Assembly (NCBI GenBank): GCA_963704225.1
Contig: CAVPHL010000002.1
Location: 113,755-177,754, forward strand
DNA: 64,000 nucleotides
Direction: 5' to 3'
DNA from: an uncultured Actinomycetota bacterium
GTDB taxonomy: Bacteria; Actinomycetota; Actinomycetes; Propionibacteriales; Propionibacteriaceae
A program made the translations under genes and the position numbers. Numbering within the stretch: the stretch's first letter is position 1; the number at the start of each line of letters is the position of its first letter. The notes under the pieces were generated by a model that saw only the letters and a list, made by a program, of their open reading frames with translations, was not told the DNA's origin and did no database searches. This document shows, in pieces, positions 44,758 to 57,838 of the stretch.

Positions 44758-45966
44758 GTGAAGTCCGTATCCGGCCTCGGAGACCTCCGGGGCAAGCGGG
44801 TCCTGATCCGCTGCGATTTCAACGTGCCGCTGGATGGGCAGACGATCACTGATGATGGTCGCATCCGCGCCGCGCTGCCGACGCTCACCCAGTTGCGGGA
44901 CGCCGGCGCGAAGGTCGTCGTGATGGCCCACCTTGGCCGTCCCAAGGGCAGGTTCGCCCCCGAGTACTCGCTCGCCCCGGTGGCGAAGCGCCTCGGAGAG
45001 CTGCTCGGCGTCGATGTGCCGCTGGCCGCCGACGTGGTCGGGGAGAGCGCCGCCGCGGCGGTCGCCGGCCTCGCCGACGGTGGGATCGCGCTGCTGGAGA
45101 ACGTGCGCTACGAGCCGGCCGAGGAGTCCAAGGTGGACGCCGAGCGGGCCGAACTCGCCGCGAAGTACGCCGCCCTCGCCGACGTGTTCGTCTCCGACGG
45201 GTTCGGGGTCGTCCACCGCAAGCAGGCCTCGGTCTACGACGTCGCCAGGCTGCTGCCCAGCGCCGCCGGCACCCTCGTGGCCAAGGAGGTTGATGTCCTG
45301 AAGCGACTCACCGAGAACCCGGAAGGCCCCTACGTGGTCGTGCTGGGTGGTGCCAAGGTGGCCGACAAGCTTGCCGTGATCGACAACCTGCTGAAGGTCG
45401 CCGACACCCTGATCATCGGCGGCGGCATGGCCTACACCTTCCTGAAGGCGAAGGGCCACGAGATCGGCAGTTCGCTGCTGGATGCCGACAAGGTCGGTAC
45501 CTGCGCCGGGTACCTCGAACAGGCCGCCGCGGCCGGCAAGCAGATCCTGCTCCCGCTGGACACCCGGGTGGTCGCGGAGCTCGACGTCCCGGGCCGGCAC
45601 GCCAGCGCGGTCACCGTGGTGGCCTCCGACCAGATCCCGGCCGACCAGCAGGGCGCCGACATCGGCCCGAAGACCGAGGCGCTGTTCGCCGAGGCCATCC
45701 TGGGAGCGAAGACCATCTTCTGGAACGGCCCGATGGGGGTCGCGGAGATCGCCGAGCTCGCCAGTGGCACCGAGTCGGTCGCCAAGGCGCTGGCTGCGTC
45801 CTCCGGCTTCTCGGTGGTCGGTGGGGGCGACTCCGCGGCCGCCGTGCGCAACCTGGGCTTCGCCGACGAGGCGTTCGGTCACATCTCGACCGGCGGCGGC
45901 GCCTCCCTGGAATACCTGGAGGGCAAAGTGCTCCCGGGTCTCGCTGTGCTTGAAGGAGAGAACTGA
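44758..45966 (+). CDS. pgk: Phosphoglycerate kinase
   Basis: [38 protein letters not shown]. Confidence 0.97.
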   Translation: MKSVSGLGDLRGKRVLIRCDFNVPLDGQTITDDGRIRAALPTLTQLRDAGAKVVVMAHLGRPKGRFAPEYSLAPVAKRLGELLGVDVPLAADVVGESAAAAVAGLADGGIALLENVRYEPAEESKVDAERAELAAKYAALADVFVSDGFGVVHRKQASVYDVARLLPSAAGTLVAKEVDVLKRLTENPEGPYVVVLGGAKVADKLAVIDNLLKVADTLIIGGGMAYTFLKAKGHEIGSSLLDADKVGTCAGYLEQAAAAGKQILLPLDTRVVAELDVPGRHASAVTVVASDQIPADQQGADIGPKTEALFAEAILGAKTIFWNGPMGVAEIAELASGTESVAKALAASSGFSVVGGGDSAAAVRNLGFADEAFGHISTGGGASLEYLEGKVLPGLAVLEGEN

Positions 45967-45967
45967 C

Positions 45968-46753
45968 ATGGCTCGCACGCCGCTGATGGCCGGTAACTGG
46001 AAGATGAACCTGAACCACGTCGAAGCTACCGGCCTGGTCCAGAAGCTGGCCTGGACCCTGGCCGACGCAAAGTACGACCCGGCCAGGTCGGAGGTTGCCG
46101 TGATCGTCCCGTTCACCGACATCCGCACCGTCCAGACTCTGGTCGAGGGCGACAAGCTGCCGTTGAAGTTCGGCGCGCAGGACGTGTCGGCGAAAGCCTC
46201 CGGTGCCTACACCGGCGAGGTGTCGGCCGACATGCTGGCCAAGCTCAACTGCAGCTACGTCGTGGTGGGGCACTCCGAGCGCCGTGAGTACCACGGCGAG
46301 AGCGACGCCCTGATCGGCGCCAAGGCCAAGGTGGTGTTCGAGGCCGGCATGACCCCGATCATCTGCTGTGGCGAGGTGCTCGAGATCCGCAAGGAGGGCA
46401 CGCACGTCGAGCATGTGCTCAGCCAGTTGGAGGAGTGCCTCGCCCCGCTGACCGCCGAGCAGGTGGGGGCGTCGGTGATCGCCTACGAGCCGGTCTGGGC
46501 GATCGGTACCGGCGAAGTGGCCACCCCCGAGGACGCCCAGGAGGTCTGTGGCGCCATCCGCGAGTACGTGGCGGACACCTTCGGGGCCCCCGCGGCCGAG
46601 GCCGTCCGGATCCAGTACGGCGGCTCGGTGAAGGCCGGCAACGTCGTGGAGATCATGGCCAAGCCCGACGTGGACGGTGCTCTGGTCGGTGGTGCGAGCC
46701 TGGACGCCGAGGAGTTCGCCAAGATCGTCCTGTTCTATTCCGTGGCCGGCTGA
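45968..46753 (+). CDS. tpiA: Triosephosphate isomerase
   Basis: [36 protein letters not shown]. Confidence 0.97.
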   Translation: MARTPLMAGNWKMNLNHVEATGLVQKLAWTLADAKYDPARSEVAVIVPFTDIRTVQTLVEGDKLPLKFGAQDVSAKASGAYTGEVSADMLAKLNCSYVVVGHSERREYHGESDALIGAKAKVVFEAGMTPIICCGEVLEIRKEGTHVEHVLSQLEECLAPLTAEQVGASVIAYEPVWAIGTGEVATPEDAQEVCGAIREYVADTFGAPAAEAVRIQYGGSVKAGNVVEIMAKPDVDGALVGGASLDAEEFAKIVLFYSVAG

Positions 46754-46906
46754 CGTCGACCACACCGAGATCGGCCGCCCCCTCCACCGGCTCACCCCGG
46801 GGGAGGGGGCCTGGTCGTCCACCGCTGCCGACGTGGGCCGACCGGGAGATCGCCACCCCGGCCCGCGTTTCGTTTCCCCGGGCCGGCGTGGGTTAGGATT
46901 CTCCGC

Positions 46907-47188
46907 GTGACTCTGCTCCCCGGAACTACCTGGCCGATCGTGACGCTCTCCGTCGTCCTGATCCTGACCAGCATCGTCCTGGCGCTGTTCATCCTCCTTC
47001 ACAAGAGCCGGGGCGGCGGCATGTCCGACCTCTTCGGCGGTGGCATGAGCACCGGCATGGGCGGTACCTCCGTGGCGGAGCGGAATCTCGACCGGCTGAC
47101 GATCACCGTCGGTCTGGTCTGGCTGGCCAGCATCGTCGGTTTGCTGGTGCTCTACCGATACTTCCCCGAGATCGGGACCCTGGGCTGA
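46907..47188 (+). CDS. secG: Preprotein translocase subunit SecG
   Basis: Two TMs flanking LHKSRGGGMSDLFGGG...AERNLDR. Confidence 0.93.
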   Translation: MTLLPGTTWPIVTLSVVLILTSIVLALFILLHKSRGGGMSDLFGGGMSTGMGGTSVAERNLDRLTITVGLVWLASIVGLLVLYRYFPEIGTLG

Positions 47189-47219
47189 ACGCCCGCTCGC
47201 TAGCAAGGAGTTCACACAC

Positions 47220-47576
47220 GTGGTAGGTGGCAGCGCGATTCGCGGCAGCCGGGTAGGCGCCGGTCCGATGGGAGAGGCGGAACGCGGCGACGCCGCTCCC
47301 CGGCTCTACGTCTCCTACTTCTGCGCCAACCGGCACGAGACCCGTCCGGCGTTCGCCGCCGAAGCGGTCGTGCCCGAGACCTGGGACTGCCCGCGCTGCG
47401 GGCTCCCGGCCAACCTCGACTCGGACAACCCCCCGCCCCCGCCCAGAACCCAGCCGTACAAGACCCACCTCGCCTACGTGAAGGAACGCAGGTCGGACGC
47501 GGAGGCGGTGGCCATCCTCGCTGAGGCGCTGGACTCGCTGCGCGCGCGGCGGGCTTCCGGCGAGGTCATCTACTGA
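47220..47576 (+). CDS. rbpA: RbpA-family RNA polymerase-binding protein
   Basis: IRGSRVG, YFC..H, WDCPRCG, KTHLAYVKERRS...L.EAL. May be the secG-linked paralog. Confidence 0.85.
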   Translation: MVGGSAIRGSRVGAGPMGEAERGDAAPRLYVSYFCANRHETRPAFAAEAVVPETWDCPRCGLPANLDSDNPPPPPRTQPYKTHLAYVKERRSDAEAVAILAEALDSLRARRASGEVIY

Positions 47577-47643
47577 CGGTCTCCCGGACCGACCTGTCCG
47601 TAGGGCCCGGCGGCGTCGCGGGGATGTGGGCCGCGGGCCAGGA

Positions 47644-48381
47644 TCAGGACAGGCAGTCGAAGTAGGGCAGCTCGGACGCGGCGGCCTCGTCGAGCAGCCA
47701 CAGCGTGCGGCGCCGCCCCGCCACCCGGCCGGCCGGCAGGCTGGTGTCCCCGGCCAGGGCGCGGGCCACGGCGTTCGACTTCTCCGCGCCGGACACCAGG
47801 AACCACACCTCGTCGGACTCGTTGAGCCGGTTGATGGTCAGGCTGATCCGCTCCGGTGGAGGCTTCGGTGCCTCGCTCACCCCGATCACCGCCTGCAGGG
47901 TCGGTTCGCCCGAGGGATGGTGGGGGAAGATCGACGCGACATGGCCGTCCGGACCGATCCCCAGCAGGCACAGGTCGAAGCGGGTCGCGCCGAGTTCCTT
48001 GTCGTAGGTGGCGGCGGAGGCTGCGGCGTCGACGGTCCCGTCCGCGCTCGGCATCGGGTGGGTACGGGCCGGGTCCAGCGCGAAGTGGCCGGCCAGCAGC
48101 GCCAGGGTCGGGCCGGCGTTGCGCTCGGGGTCCTCGGTGGGCAGGAACCGCTCGTCCCCCCACCACAGCTCGAGCCGGGCCGGGTCGATGGCGGACCCGG
48201 CCACCAGTTCGCCGAGGCGGGCGTAGACCGCGTGGGCGATCCGGCCGCCGGTCAGGCAGAGTTGCACGACCCGTCCGTCGGACTGCAGTCCGCCCAAGGT
48301 CGAGAGCAGCCGCTGCGCGGCCCGGTCCGCGAGGTCGGCCGCGTCCGCGTGGCGCACCACCTGGGGCTGGGCGGGAGTCAT
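47644..48381 (-). CDS. pgl: 6-phosphogluconolactonase
   Basis: LTGG, WGDERF, LGIGPDGHVASIFP, PKPPPERISLT. Confidence 0.95.
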   Translation of the reverse strand: MTPAQPQVVRHADAADLADRAAQRLLSTLGGLQSDGRVVQLCLTGGRIAHAVYARLGELVAGSAIDPARLELWWGDERFLPTEDPERNAGPTLALLAGHFALDPARTHPMPSADGTVDAAASAATYDKELGATRFDLCLLGIGPDGHVASIFPHHPSGEPTLQAVIGVSEAPKPPPERISLTINRLNESDEVWFLVSGAEKSNAVARALAGDTSLPAGRVAGRRRTLWLLDEAAASELPYFDCLS

Positions 48382-49313
48382 CCGCGGGGCCGCGGACGGC
48401 GGGCCGCGGCCCGGTCGAACCGTTTCACGAGGGCTGCCATGGTCTCAGCGTAGATCGCATCGTCGTCGAGGCGGCGCAGCTCCTCCGAGATCAGGGCGTT
48501 CAGGTCACGGTGGGGTAGGGCGACCAGCCGCTGGGGCAGCCCGGGGGCGGAGAAGCTGGCGAGACTGCCGTCGGCCCGCACCACCCCGATGTCGCCCTCG
48601 GCGGCGTGCAACACCACCCCGGTGATGCCGACCCCGGCCCGATGGCGATCGACGGCCACGGGCACGTCGAGGCGGTCCGACAGCCAGGCAGCCAGCAGAA
48701 CTGCGGCGGAGTTCTCCGGGGCCGCGGAGACACTGGCACCGGTCACGCCGATCGGGTAGGCATCCAGGGCCGCGGCCAGCAGCCCACGCCACTTGGTGAG
48801 CCTGGTCCAGGTCAGGTCGGTGTCCCCGGGGCAGTAGTTCCGGGCCCGTACCTCGAGGGCCTTGATCGGGTCGGGGTCTCCCATGGCATCGGTGATCCTG
48901 CGGTCGCCCAGGCGACCGATCGGATCGCTCCCGGGGGACTGGGGGGATCGTCCGGGCCACCAGACGATCACCGGCAGGTCAGGAAGGAGCAGTGGCAGGA
49001 TCACGGTGTCGCGATGCCGGGAGAGTTCGCCGTGGAACTTCAGGGTGAGGATCTCACCGGGCACATCCTCGCCCGCCCGAACCGACGCGTCGAGCCGATC
49101 GGCGCGGGCTCGCCCGTTGGTCACCAGGAGGATTCGGGACGGATGCTCGCGCCCGGCGTCCAGGCAGGCTTCCAGGGCCCGGTCGTACCCGGCGAGTTCG
49201 GCGACCACGATCAGGGTGAACACCATGCCCGAGGCGACCCCGAGGTTGTGCCGGGCCCGGCTGATGGCCTGCTGCAGGTCGGCGACATTGGTGTCGGTGA
49301 GGTTGACGATCAT
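48378..49313 (-). CDS. opcA: Glucose-6-phosphate dehydrogenase assembly protein OpcA
   Basis: REHPSRI, PLLLPDLPVIVWWP, RRITD, PGDTDLTWTRLT.WR, EELRRLD.D. Confidence 0.93.
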   Translation of the reverse strand: MIVNLTDTNVADLQQAISRARHNLGVASGMVFTLIVVAELAGYDRALEACLDAGREHPSRILLVTNGRARADRLDASVRAGEDVPGEILTLKFHGELSRHRDTVILPLLLPDLPVIVWWPGRSPQSPGSDPIGRLGDRRITDAMGDPDPIKALEVRARNYCPGDTDLTWTRLTKWRGLLAAALDAYPIGVTGASVSAAPENSAAVLLAAWLSDRLDVPVAVDRHRAGVGITGVVLHAAEGDIGVVRADGSLASFSAPGLPQRLVALPHRDLNALISEELRRLDDDAIYAETMAALVKRFDRAAARRPRPRG

Positions 49314-49321
49314 CGTGTCTC

Positions 49322-50848
49322 CTAGGACCGGCGCCAGGTGAAGCCGTCACGGGCGAGCATGTCGGCCGCTGAGGACGGTCCCCAGGTCCCGGAGGCGTAA
49401 TGCTCGGGGGCGCCTTCGGAGCCCGCCCAGTGGTCGAGGACGGGATCGAGGATCTGCCACGACAGTTCGACCTCCTCCGCCTGCGGAAAGAGGGGCTCCG
49501 AGCCGAGCAGGACGTCGAGCAGCAGCCGCTCGTAGGCTTCCGGGCTCGATTCGGCGAAGGAACTGCCGTAGCCGAAGTCCATGTTGACGTTGCGCAGTTC
49601 CATCGGCGTGGCGGGGACCTTGGCCCCGAAGCGCAGGGTGATGCCCTCGTCGGGCTGGATCCTCAGGACCAGGGCGTTGCTGCCCAGGCCCTTCACGTCC
49701 GCGCCGTCGAAGGGCAGGTGCGGTGCCGGGCGCAGGTTCAGCGATACCTCGGTCACCCGGCGGGGGAGGCGTTTGCCGGTGCGGAGGTAAAACGGCACCC
49801 CGGCCCAGCGGCGGTTCCCGATGTCGACGCGGATGGCGGCGTAGGTCTCGGTGTGCGAGTCCGGGGGGATGCCTGCCTCCTCGACGTAGCCGGCGACCTG
49901 GGTGCCGCCGGCCCACCCGGCTCCGTACTGCCCGCGGGCGGTGTTCAGCGAGAGGTCGGCCGGAGTCGTGGCCGCGGCCAGGACCTTGCGCTTCTCCGAG
50001 CTCAGCTCGTCGGCCCCGAAGGAGGTCGGCTCCTCCATGGCGGTCAGCGCGAGGAGTTGCAGCAGGTGATTCTGGATCACGTCCCTGGCCGCTCCGATGC
50101 CGTCGTAGTAGCCGGCCCGGCCGGCGATACCGATGTCCTCAGCCATGGTGATCTGTACGTGGTCGATGTAGCTGCGGTTCCAGATCGGCTCGAACATCGT
50201 GTTGGCGAACCGGAACGCAAGCAGGTTCTGCACCGTCTCCTTGCCGAGGTAGTGATCAATGCGGAAGATGCTGGACGGCTCGAACGCCTTGGCCAGTTTC
50301 TTCTCCAGCTGCCGGGCGCTGGCCAGGTCGTGGCCGAACGGCTTCTCGATCACCACTCGCCGCCAGGCGCCGTTCTTCGGCCGGTCGGCCAGGCCATGGC
50401 GGCGCAGCTGGCCGACGGCGACGTCGAAGGCCTTCGGCGGGACCGAGAGGTAGAACGCGTGGTTTCCGCCGGTGCCCTGTCTCTCGTCGAGATCGGTGAG
50501 GGTCTGCTTCAGCTGGACGAACGCCTGGTTGTCACTGAGCTCCCCGGGAACGAACCGGATCCCTTCCAGCAGCTGCTGCCAGACGTCCTCCCGGAACTCG
50601 GTGCGGGCGTGGCTGTGAACCGCGTCCGCCACCAGCTGGGCGAAGTGCTCGGCCGCCCAGTCCCGGCGGGCGAACCCGACCAGCCCGAAGCCCGGCGGCA
50701 GCAGGCCGCGGTTGGCCAGATCGTAGACGGCAGGAAGCAGTTTCTTGCGGGCCAGGTCGCCGGTGACCCCGAACAGCACCAGTGCCGACGGTCCGGCCAT
50801 TCTCGGCAGGCGGCGGTCCCGCTGGTCACGGAGGGGATTCACCCTCAT
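49322..50848 (-). CDS. zwf: Glucose-6-phosphate 1-dehydrogenase
   Basis: FGVTGDLA, EKPFG, RIDHYLGKE, QNHLLQ, YLRTGK. Start may be GTG at 50842. Confidence 0.97.
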   Translation of the reverse strand: MRVNPLRDQRDRRLPRMAGPSALVLFGVTGDLARKKLLPAVYDLANRGLLPPGFGLVGFARRDWAAEHFAQLVADAVHSHARTEFREDVWQQLLEGIRFVPGELSDNQAFVQLKQTLTDLDERQGTGGNHAFYLSVPPKAFDVAVGQLRRHGLADRPKNGAWRRVVIEKPFGHDLASARQLEKKLAKAFEPSSIFRIDHYLGKETVQNLLAFRFANTMFEPIWNRSYIDHVQITMAEDIGIAGRAGYYDGIGAARDVIQNHLLQLLALTAMEEPTSFGADELSSEKRKVLAAATTPADLSLNTARGQYGAGWAGGTQVAGYVEEAGIPPDSHTETYAAIRVDIGNRRWAGVPFYLRTGKRLPRRVTEVSLNLRPAPHLPFDGADVKGLGSNALVLRIQPDEGITLRFGAKVPATPMELRNVNMDFGYGSSFAESSPEAYERLLLDVLLGSEPLFPQAEEVELSWQILDPVLDHWAGSEGAPEHYASGTWGPSSAADMLARDGFTWRRS

Positions 50849-50936
50849 GACTGTACAAGCCGGTCGTCGCCTCCGGCAGCGGGGCGGGTCTAGACTACTC
50901 AGACCTTCGGGTCAGACCTTGGGGAGTGGGGGACGG

Positions 50937-51869
50937 ATGAGACCAGCCGAGGAGGGCGCGCCTCTGGCTGCTCTCGAGCCGGGTGACTGGCGTTCGGTGG
51001 TGCTCGACTATGTGGGGCTGTCCAAGCCCCGGATCATCGAGTTGCTGCTGGTCACGACGGTGCCGGCAATGTTCCTGGCCGCCGGCGGTTTCCCGGACGC
51101 CTGGCTGGTGTGGTGGACCCTGGTCGGAGGGACGGCGGCAGCCGGCAGCGCCAACGTGTTCAACTCCGTACTGGACGCCGACATCGATGCCCGGATGCGG
51201 CGCACCCGGCGACGTCCGATGGCCACCCAGGCCGTGACCCCGGCCAGGGCGATCACCTTCGGCGTGGTGCTGGGAATCGCCTCGGTGCTGATCCTCGGCG
51301 TGGCAGCGAATTGGCTGTCGGCCTCGCTCGCACTGGTCGCGAACCTGTACTACGTGTTCGTCTACACCCTGGCGTTGAAGCGTCGTACCGCCCAGAACAT
51401 CGTCTGGGGCGGGATAGCCGGGTGCTTCCCGCCGCTGATCGGCTGGACGGCGGTGACCGGCTCGGTGGCCTGGCCGCCGCTGGTGCTGTTCGCGATCGTC
51501 TTCGCCTGGACCCCACCCCACACCTGGGCGCTCGCGCTGCGCTACCGCGAGGACTACCTGAGCGCGCACGTGCCGATGCTGCCGGTGGTCGCCCCGCCGG
51601 TGCAGGTGGCCTGGCGGATCCTGGCCTACAGCGTCCTGACGGTCGCGGTGTCGCTGCTGCTGTGGCCCGTGGCCGGCACCGGCCTGTTCTACCCGGTCGT
51701 GGCCGGACTCGCCGGCGCGGCGATGCTCGCGGAGGCCACCGCCCTCCTGTTGCGGGCCAGGCGCGGGCTGGTCGACGCGGCCCTGAAACCGATGCGCCTG
51801 TTCCACCTCTCGAACAGTTACCTGGCGGTGGTGTTCATCGCTGCCGCCGTGGACCCGTTGCTGCCCTGA
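50937..51869 (+). CDS. ctaB: Heme o synthase (protoheme IX farnesyltransferase)
   Basis: KPRIIELLL, D.DID..M.RT..RP, LKRRT.QNIVWGG, WTPPH.WAL. Confidence 0.94.
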   Translation: MRPAEEGAPLAALEPGDWRSVVLDYVGLSKPRIIELLLVTTVPAMFLAAGGFPDAWLVWWTLVGGTAAAGSANVFNSVLDADIDARMRRTRRRPMATQAVTPARAITFGVVLGIASVLILGVAANWLSASLALVANLYYVFVYTLALKRRTAQNIVWGGIAGCFPPLIGWTAVTGSVAWPPLVLFAIVFAWTPPHTWALALRYREDYLSAHVPMLPVVAPPVQVAWRILAYSVLTVAVSLLLWPVAGTGLFYPVVAGLAGAAMLAEATALLLRARRGLVDAALKPMRLFHLSNSYLAVVFIAAAVDPLLP

Positions 51870-51888
51870 TCCGACGCGGCCACCGGCC

Positions 51889-52809
51889 TCAGGATGCCAG
51901 CGCCTCCCGGGACCCCACGACCGCCTTCGCCGGACCGGCGGACGGGCCGCGGGTCAGCCACCACAGGTGGGTGAGTGCGGCGGTGAACAGCGCGGTGCCG
52001 AGCATGTGGGCCGCAACCAGGGCCGGGGGCAGGGCGAGGAAGTACTGCGCGTACCCGACCAGCCCCTGGCCGAGTTCGGCCGCCAGCAGCAGGCGGGCCG
52101 CGCCGGCCGCCGCCGCGTCAGCCCGGGTCAGGACGACCAGTGCCACCGTTGTGGCCACCAGCGCCCAGACGCCGGCCGAGTGCACCCGGGCCGTCAGGGC
52201 CAGGTCGAGGCCGTTCCTGGTGGCGCCGCCGTCGCCGGAGTGCGGGCCGGCGCCGGTCACGACCACGCCCAGCAGCACCACCAGCACCCCCAGCCCGGTC
52301 GCCAGCAGCACCAGCCGGCGCACCAGCGGACGGACAGCCACGGCCGTGGCGTGCCGGGAGTCGTGGACCATCACGACGCAGATCGCGATCAGGGCCACCG
52401 ACACGACCAGGTGCAGCCCCACCACCCACGGGTCGAGCTGGGTCAGGACCGAGACCCCGCCGATCACCGCCTGGGCGGGGATCCCGAGGGCCGCGACCAG
52501 GGCGAGCCGGCGCAGCCGGCGCCGCGGTCCGCCGGCGGCGTCCCGGGCCCGCCAGGCGGCGAGGAAGGTACCGACCGCGATCGCGATGAGCAGGAAGGTC
52601 AGCAGCCGGTTGCCGAACTCGATGGCGCCGTGGACCCCGGCCTCAGGGTAGGGGGTGTACGAGCCTGGCTCACACTCCGGCCAGGTGCTGCAGCCGAGAC
52701 CCGAGCCGGTGACCCGGACCAGTCCGCCGGTCACCACCAGGCCTATGTTGGCCAGCAGGGACGCGAGCGTCCAGCGGCGCAGGGCGGCCGGGGAGCCTAG
52801 GACGTCCAT
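51889..52809 (-). CDS. ctaA: COX15/CtaA heme a synthase family protein
   Basis: GGLVRVTGSGLGCSTWPEC, IEFGNR, QAVIGG, GAGPHSGD, conserved His residues. Confidence 0.88.
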   Translation of the reverse strand: MDVLGSPAALRRWTLASLLANIGLVVTGGLVRVTGSGLGCSTWPECEPGSYTPYPEAGVHGAIEFGNRLLTFLLIAIAVGTFLAAWRARDAAGGPRRRLRRLALVAALGIPAQAVIGGVSVLTQLDPWVVGLHLVVSVALIAICVVMVHDSRHATAVAVRPLVRRLVLLATGLGVLVVLLGVVVTGAGPHSGDGGATRNGLDLALTARVHSAGVWALVATTVALVVLTRADAAAAGAARLLLAAELGQGLVGYAQYFLALPPALVAAHMLGTALFTAALTHLWWLTRGPSAGPAKAVVGSREALAS

Positions 52810-53555
52810 CGGAACACCTTTCTTGCCAGGGCCAGGGCGGCGACACCCCAGCCTGCCACGACGATCAGCGGCAGCGGGTCGACCCCGCCGTCGGCCCAGG
52901 TACGCAGGGTCTCGCCCAGGGCGGTGGTCGGCAGCATCCGCAACACCGGCTGGGTCCAGGCCGGGAAGGCGGCGACCGGCACCAGCAGGCCGCTGCCGGC
53001 CCCGAGCAGGTAGATCAGGTTGGCCAGCCCGAGGGTGAGTTCGGCCGAGGCCCGGCCGGCCAGGGAGAGCCCGAGCCCGGCGAACGCGGCCAGGCTGAGC
53101 GGGACCACCAGGACCAGGATCAGGCTCTGCGCCGGCGCGGGCGCCGGCCGCCACCCCGTGACCAGCCCGGCGGCCACGAGCACCGCGGCCTGGAGCAGGG
53201 CAACCGTGGCGATCATGGCGGCCTTGCCGGCGATCAGGTCACCGCGGCGCAGCGGTGTGGCCGCCAGCCGCTCCAGCACCCCGTAGCGACGCTCGAAGGC
53301 GGTGGTGATCGCCGGTGAGGTGAACCCGCTCGACCAGATCCCGAGCGCCACCACCGAGGCCACGAAGGGGCCGGCGGCGATGCCGAGGCGTTCCCCGGCC
53401 ACGGCGTGGCCCGCCACCAGGGCCAGCGGGATGACCAGGGCAAGGAGCAACTGCTCACCGTTGCGGACCAGCAGGCGGGTCTCCATCAGGGCGTGTCGGA
53501 GGATTCGCCGGGGGCGGGGCGCCGCCGCGGCAGCTGGCCGCAGGTCGAGGCTCAC
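52797..53555 (-). CDS. ABC-2 type transporter permease
   Basis: RNGEQLLL, FERRYGVL.RL.ATP, about six TMs. GTG start overlaps the ATPase stop. Confidence 0.9.
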   Translation of the reverse strand: MSLDLRPAAAAAPRPRRILRHALMETRLLVRNGEQLLLALVIPLALVAGHAVAGERLGIAAGPFVASVVALGIWSSGFTSPAITTAFERRYGVLERLAATPLRRGDLIAGKAAMIATVALLQAAVLVAAGLVTGWRPAPAPAQSLILVLVVPLSLAAFAGLGLSLAGRASAELTLGLANLIYLLGAGSGLLVPVAAFPAWTQPVLRMLPTTALGETLRTWADGGVDPLPLIVVAGWGVAALALARKVFRWTS

Positions 53556-54256
53556 CGGGCACCCCCGGGGGTGGTCCGGTCCAGGAACAGTTGCTCGAGG
53601 GTTTGCCCGGCGGTGAGCTCGGCAACGGTGCCGGCGGCGACCCGGCGTCCGGCGTCGAGCAGCACCACCCGGTCGGCGAGCTGCTCGGCCTCGTCCATGG
53701 CGTGGGTGGTCAGCAGGATGGCGACGCCGGCGGTGCGCAGGTCGCCCAGCAGCGACCACACCATCCGGCGTGCGTGCGGATCGAGCCCGGCGGTCGGCTC
53801 GTCGAGGAAGACCAGTTCGGGGCGTCCGACGATCGCCCCGGCGAGGTTCACCAGTTGCTGCTGCCCCCCCGACAGCCGTCGGTACGGGGTGTCGGCGAAC
53901 GCCCCCAGCCCGAGCGCGTCGATCAGGCCCGGCACCGGCAGCGGGGTGGCGTAGAGGGACGCGAGGTAGGCGAGCAACTCCCGGGGCCGCACCCCGGACC
54001 AGGCGCCGGTCGCCTGCGGCATCAGCCCCACCCGGACGTTCGCGCCGGGGGAGCCGGCCGGCTCCCCGAACACGTCGACCCGGCCGCTGTCCGGGGTGAG
54101 CAGGCCGGTGCAGCACCGGACCAGGGTGGTCTTGCCGGCCCCGTTCGGGCCGAGCAGCGCGGTGAGCCTGCCGGTCTCGACCGCCAGGTCGACGCAGGCC
54201 AGGATCGTGCGTCCGCCCAGGCTGATGGTCAGCTCGGAGACGGTGAGCGCGGGCAC
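53552..54256 (-). CDS. ABC transporter ATP-binding protein (DrrA-like)
   Basis: GPNGAGKT, LSGGQQQ, FLDEPTAGLD, TTH. Confidence 0.93.
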   Translation of the reverse strand: MPALTVSELTISLGGRTILACVDLAVETGRLTALLGPNGAGKTTLVRCCTGLLTPDSGRVDVFGEPAGSPGANVRVGLMPQATGAWSGVRPRELLAYLASLYATPLPVPGLIDALGLGAFADTPYRRLSGGQQQLVNLAGAIVGRPELVFLDEPTAGLDPHARRMVWSLLGDLRTAGVAILLTTHAMDEAEQLADRVVLLDAGRRVAAGTVAELTAGQTLEQLFLDRTTPGGAR

Positions 54257-54275
54257 CCTGACAGTCTAGGGAAAG

Positions 54276-54311
54276 ACAACTGCCCGGCCCCTGCAGGGGC
54301 CGGGCAGTTGT
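54276..54311 (-). terminator. Perfect 36-bp palindrome, terminator of the pyrophosphatase gene
   Basis: ACAACTGCCCGGCCCC-TGCA-GGGGCCGGGCAGTTGT, followed on the minus strand by CTTT. Confidence 0.8.
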
Positions 54312-54325
54312 GCAGTGCGTCCGGT

Positions 54326-56920
<2,595 letters not shown>

Positions 56921-57116
56921 GATGCTTCCTTTGAAGATGTCTGTTGGTTGCTGATGACCCGTCACCTTTGACACGACAAAATCATCGCCCGCACTCTACG
57001 GCGTCGCGTCGCCACAGTGGTGAAGGCGCCAACTGATGGAAGGTGGAATCTCGCCATCCGGCCGTGACTGGGGCCCGGGGGTTGAGTCAGTGCTCGAATA
57101 AGGTAAGAATGGTGTT

Positions 57117-57836
57117 GTGAAAAGCGAGCAGCAGCTTGATGTCGACCCCCTGGTGGCGGAGTCGGAGCAGCAGGCCGCGGACGCGTCCACCCGCAGCCGG
57201 GTGGCCCGCTCGATCCTCCAGCACGGGCCCTCGACCGCCAACGACCTGGCCCGGCGCCTCGGGCTTACCCCGGCCGCGGTCCGCCGGCACCTGACCGTGC
57301 TGGCCAGCACCGGTCAGGTCGCCAGCCGTGACCAGCGCATCTACGGCCACCGCGGACGGGGCCGTCCCGCCAAGGTGTTCACCCTGACCGACACCGGTCG
57401 CTCGGAGTTCTTCCAGGCCTACGACCGGCTGGCGATCGAGGCGATCCACTATCTGGGCCGGGTCGCCGGTCCGGAAGCGGTCGAGCAGTTCGCCGCCCAG
57501 GTCACGGTGGCCGTGGCGGACCGGTTCGCCGGCATCGTGCGGGAATACGACACCCCCGCCGAGGCGTTGGTCGAAGCACTGACCGCCGAAGGCTTCGTGG
57601 CTTCCCTGCAGCCCGTGGCCACAGGCGTTCAGCTCTGTCAGTACCACTGTCCGGTCGCCCACGTGGCGGCCGTCTTCCCGCAGCTGTGCGAGGCCGAGAC
57701 CAGGGCGTTCTCAACGCTCCTGGGCTCCCACGTCCAGCGGCTGGCCACGATTGCCCACGGCGACGGGGTGTGCACCACCCACCTGCCGCGGCCCGTCCTG
57801 CCAGCCATGCATCCGTCCCCGACCCAGGAGAGTTGA
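57117..57836 (+). CDS. sufR: SufR-type ArsR/HTH Fe-S sensing regulator
   Basis: HTH ([12 protein letters not shown]), [24 protein letters not shown]; heads the suf operon. Confidence 0.92.
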   Translation: MKSEQQLDVDPLVAESEQQAADASTRSRVARSILQHGPSTANDLARRLGLTPAAVRRHLTVLASTGQVASRDQRIYGHRGRGRPAKVFTLTDTGRSEFFQAYDRLAIEAIHYLGRVAGPEAVEQFAAQVTVAVADRFAGIVREYDTPAEALVEALTAEGFVASLQPVATGVQLCQYHCPVAHVAAVFPQLCEAETRAFSTLLGSHVQRLATIAHGDGVCTTHLPRPVLPAMHPSPTQES

Positions 57837-57838
57837 CC

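Noticed and set aside
56940-57060. Fluoride riboswitch upstream of the pyrophosphatase
   Set aside because: Fragments (GGCGATG, GCTGATGAC) lie on opposite strands and do not assemble into the consensus pseudoknot.
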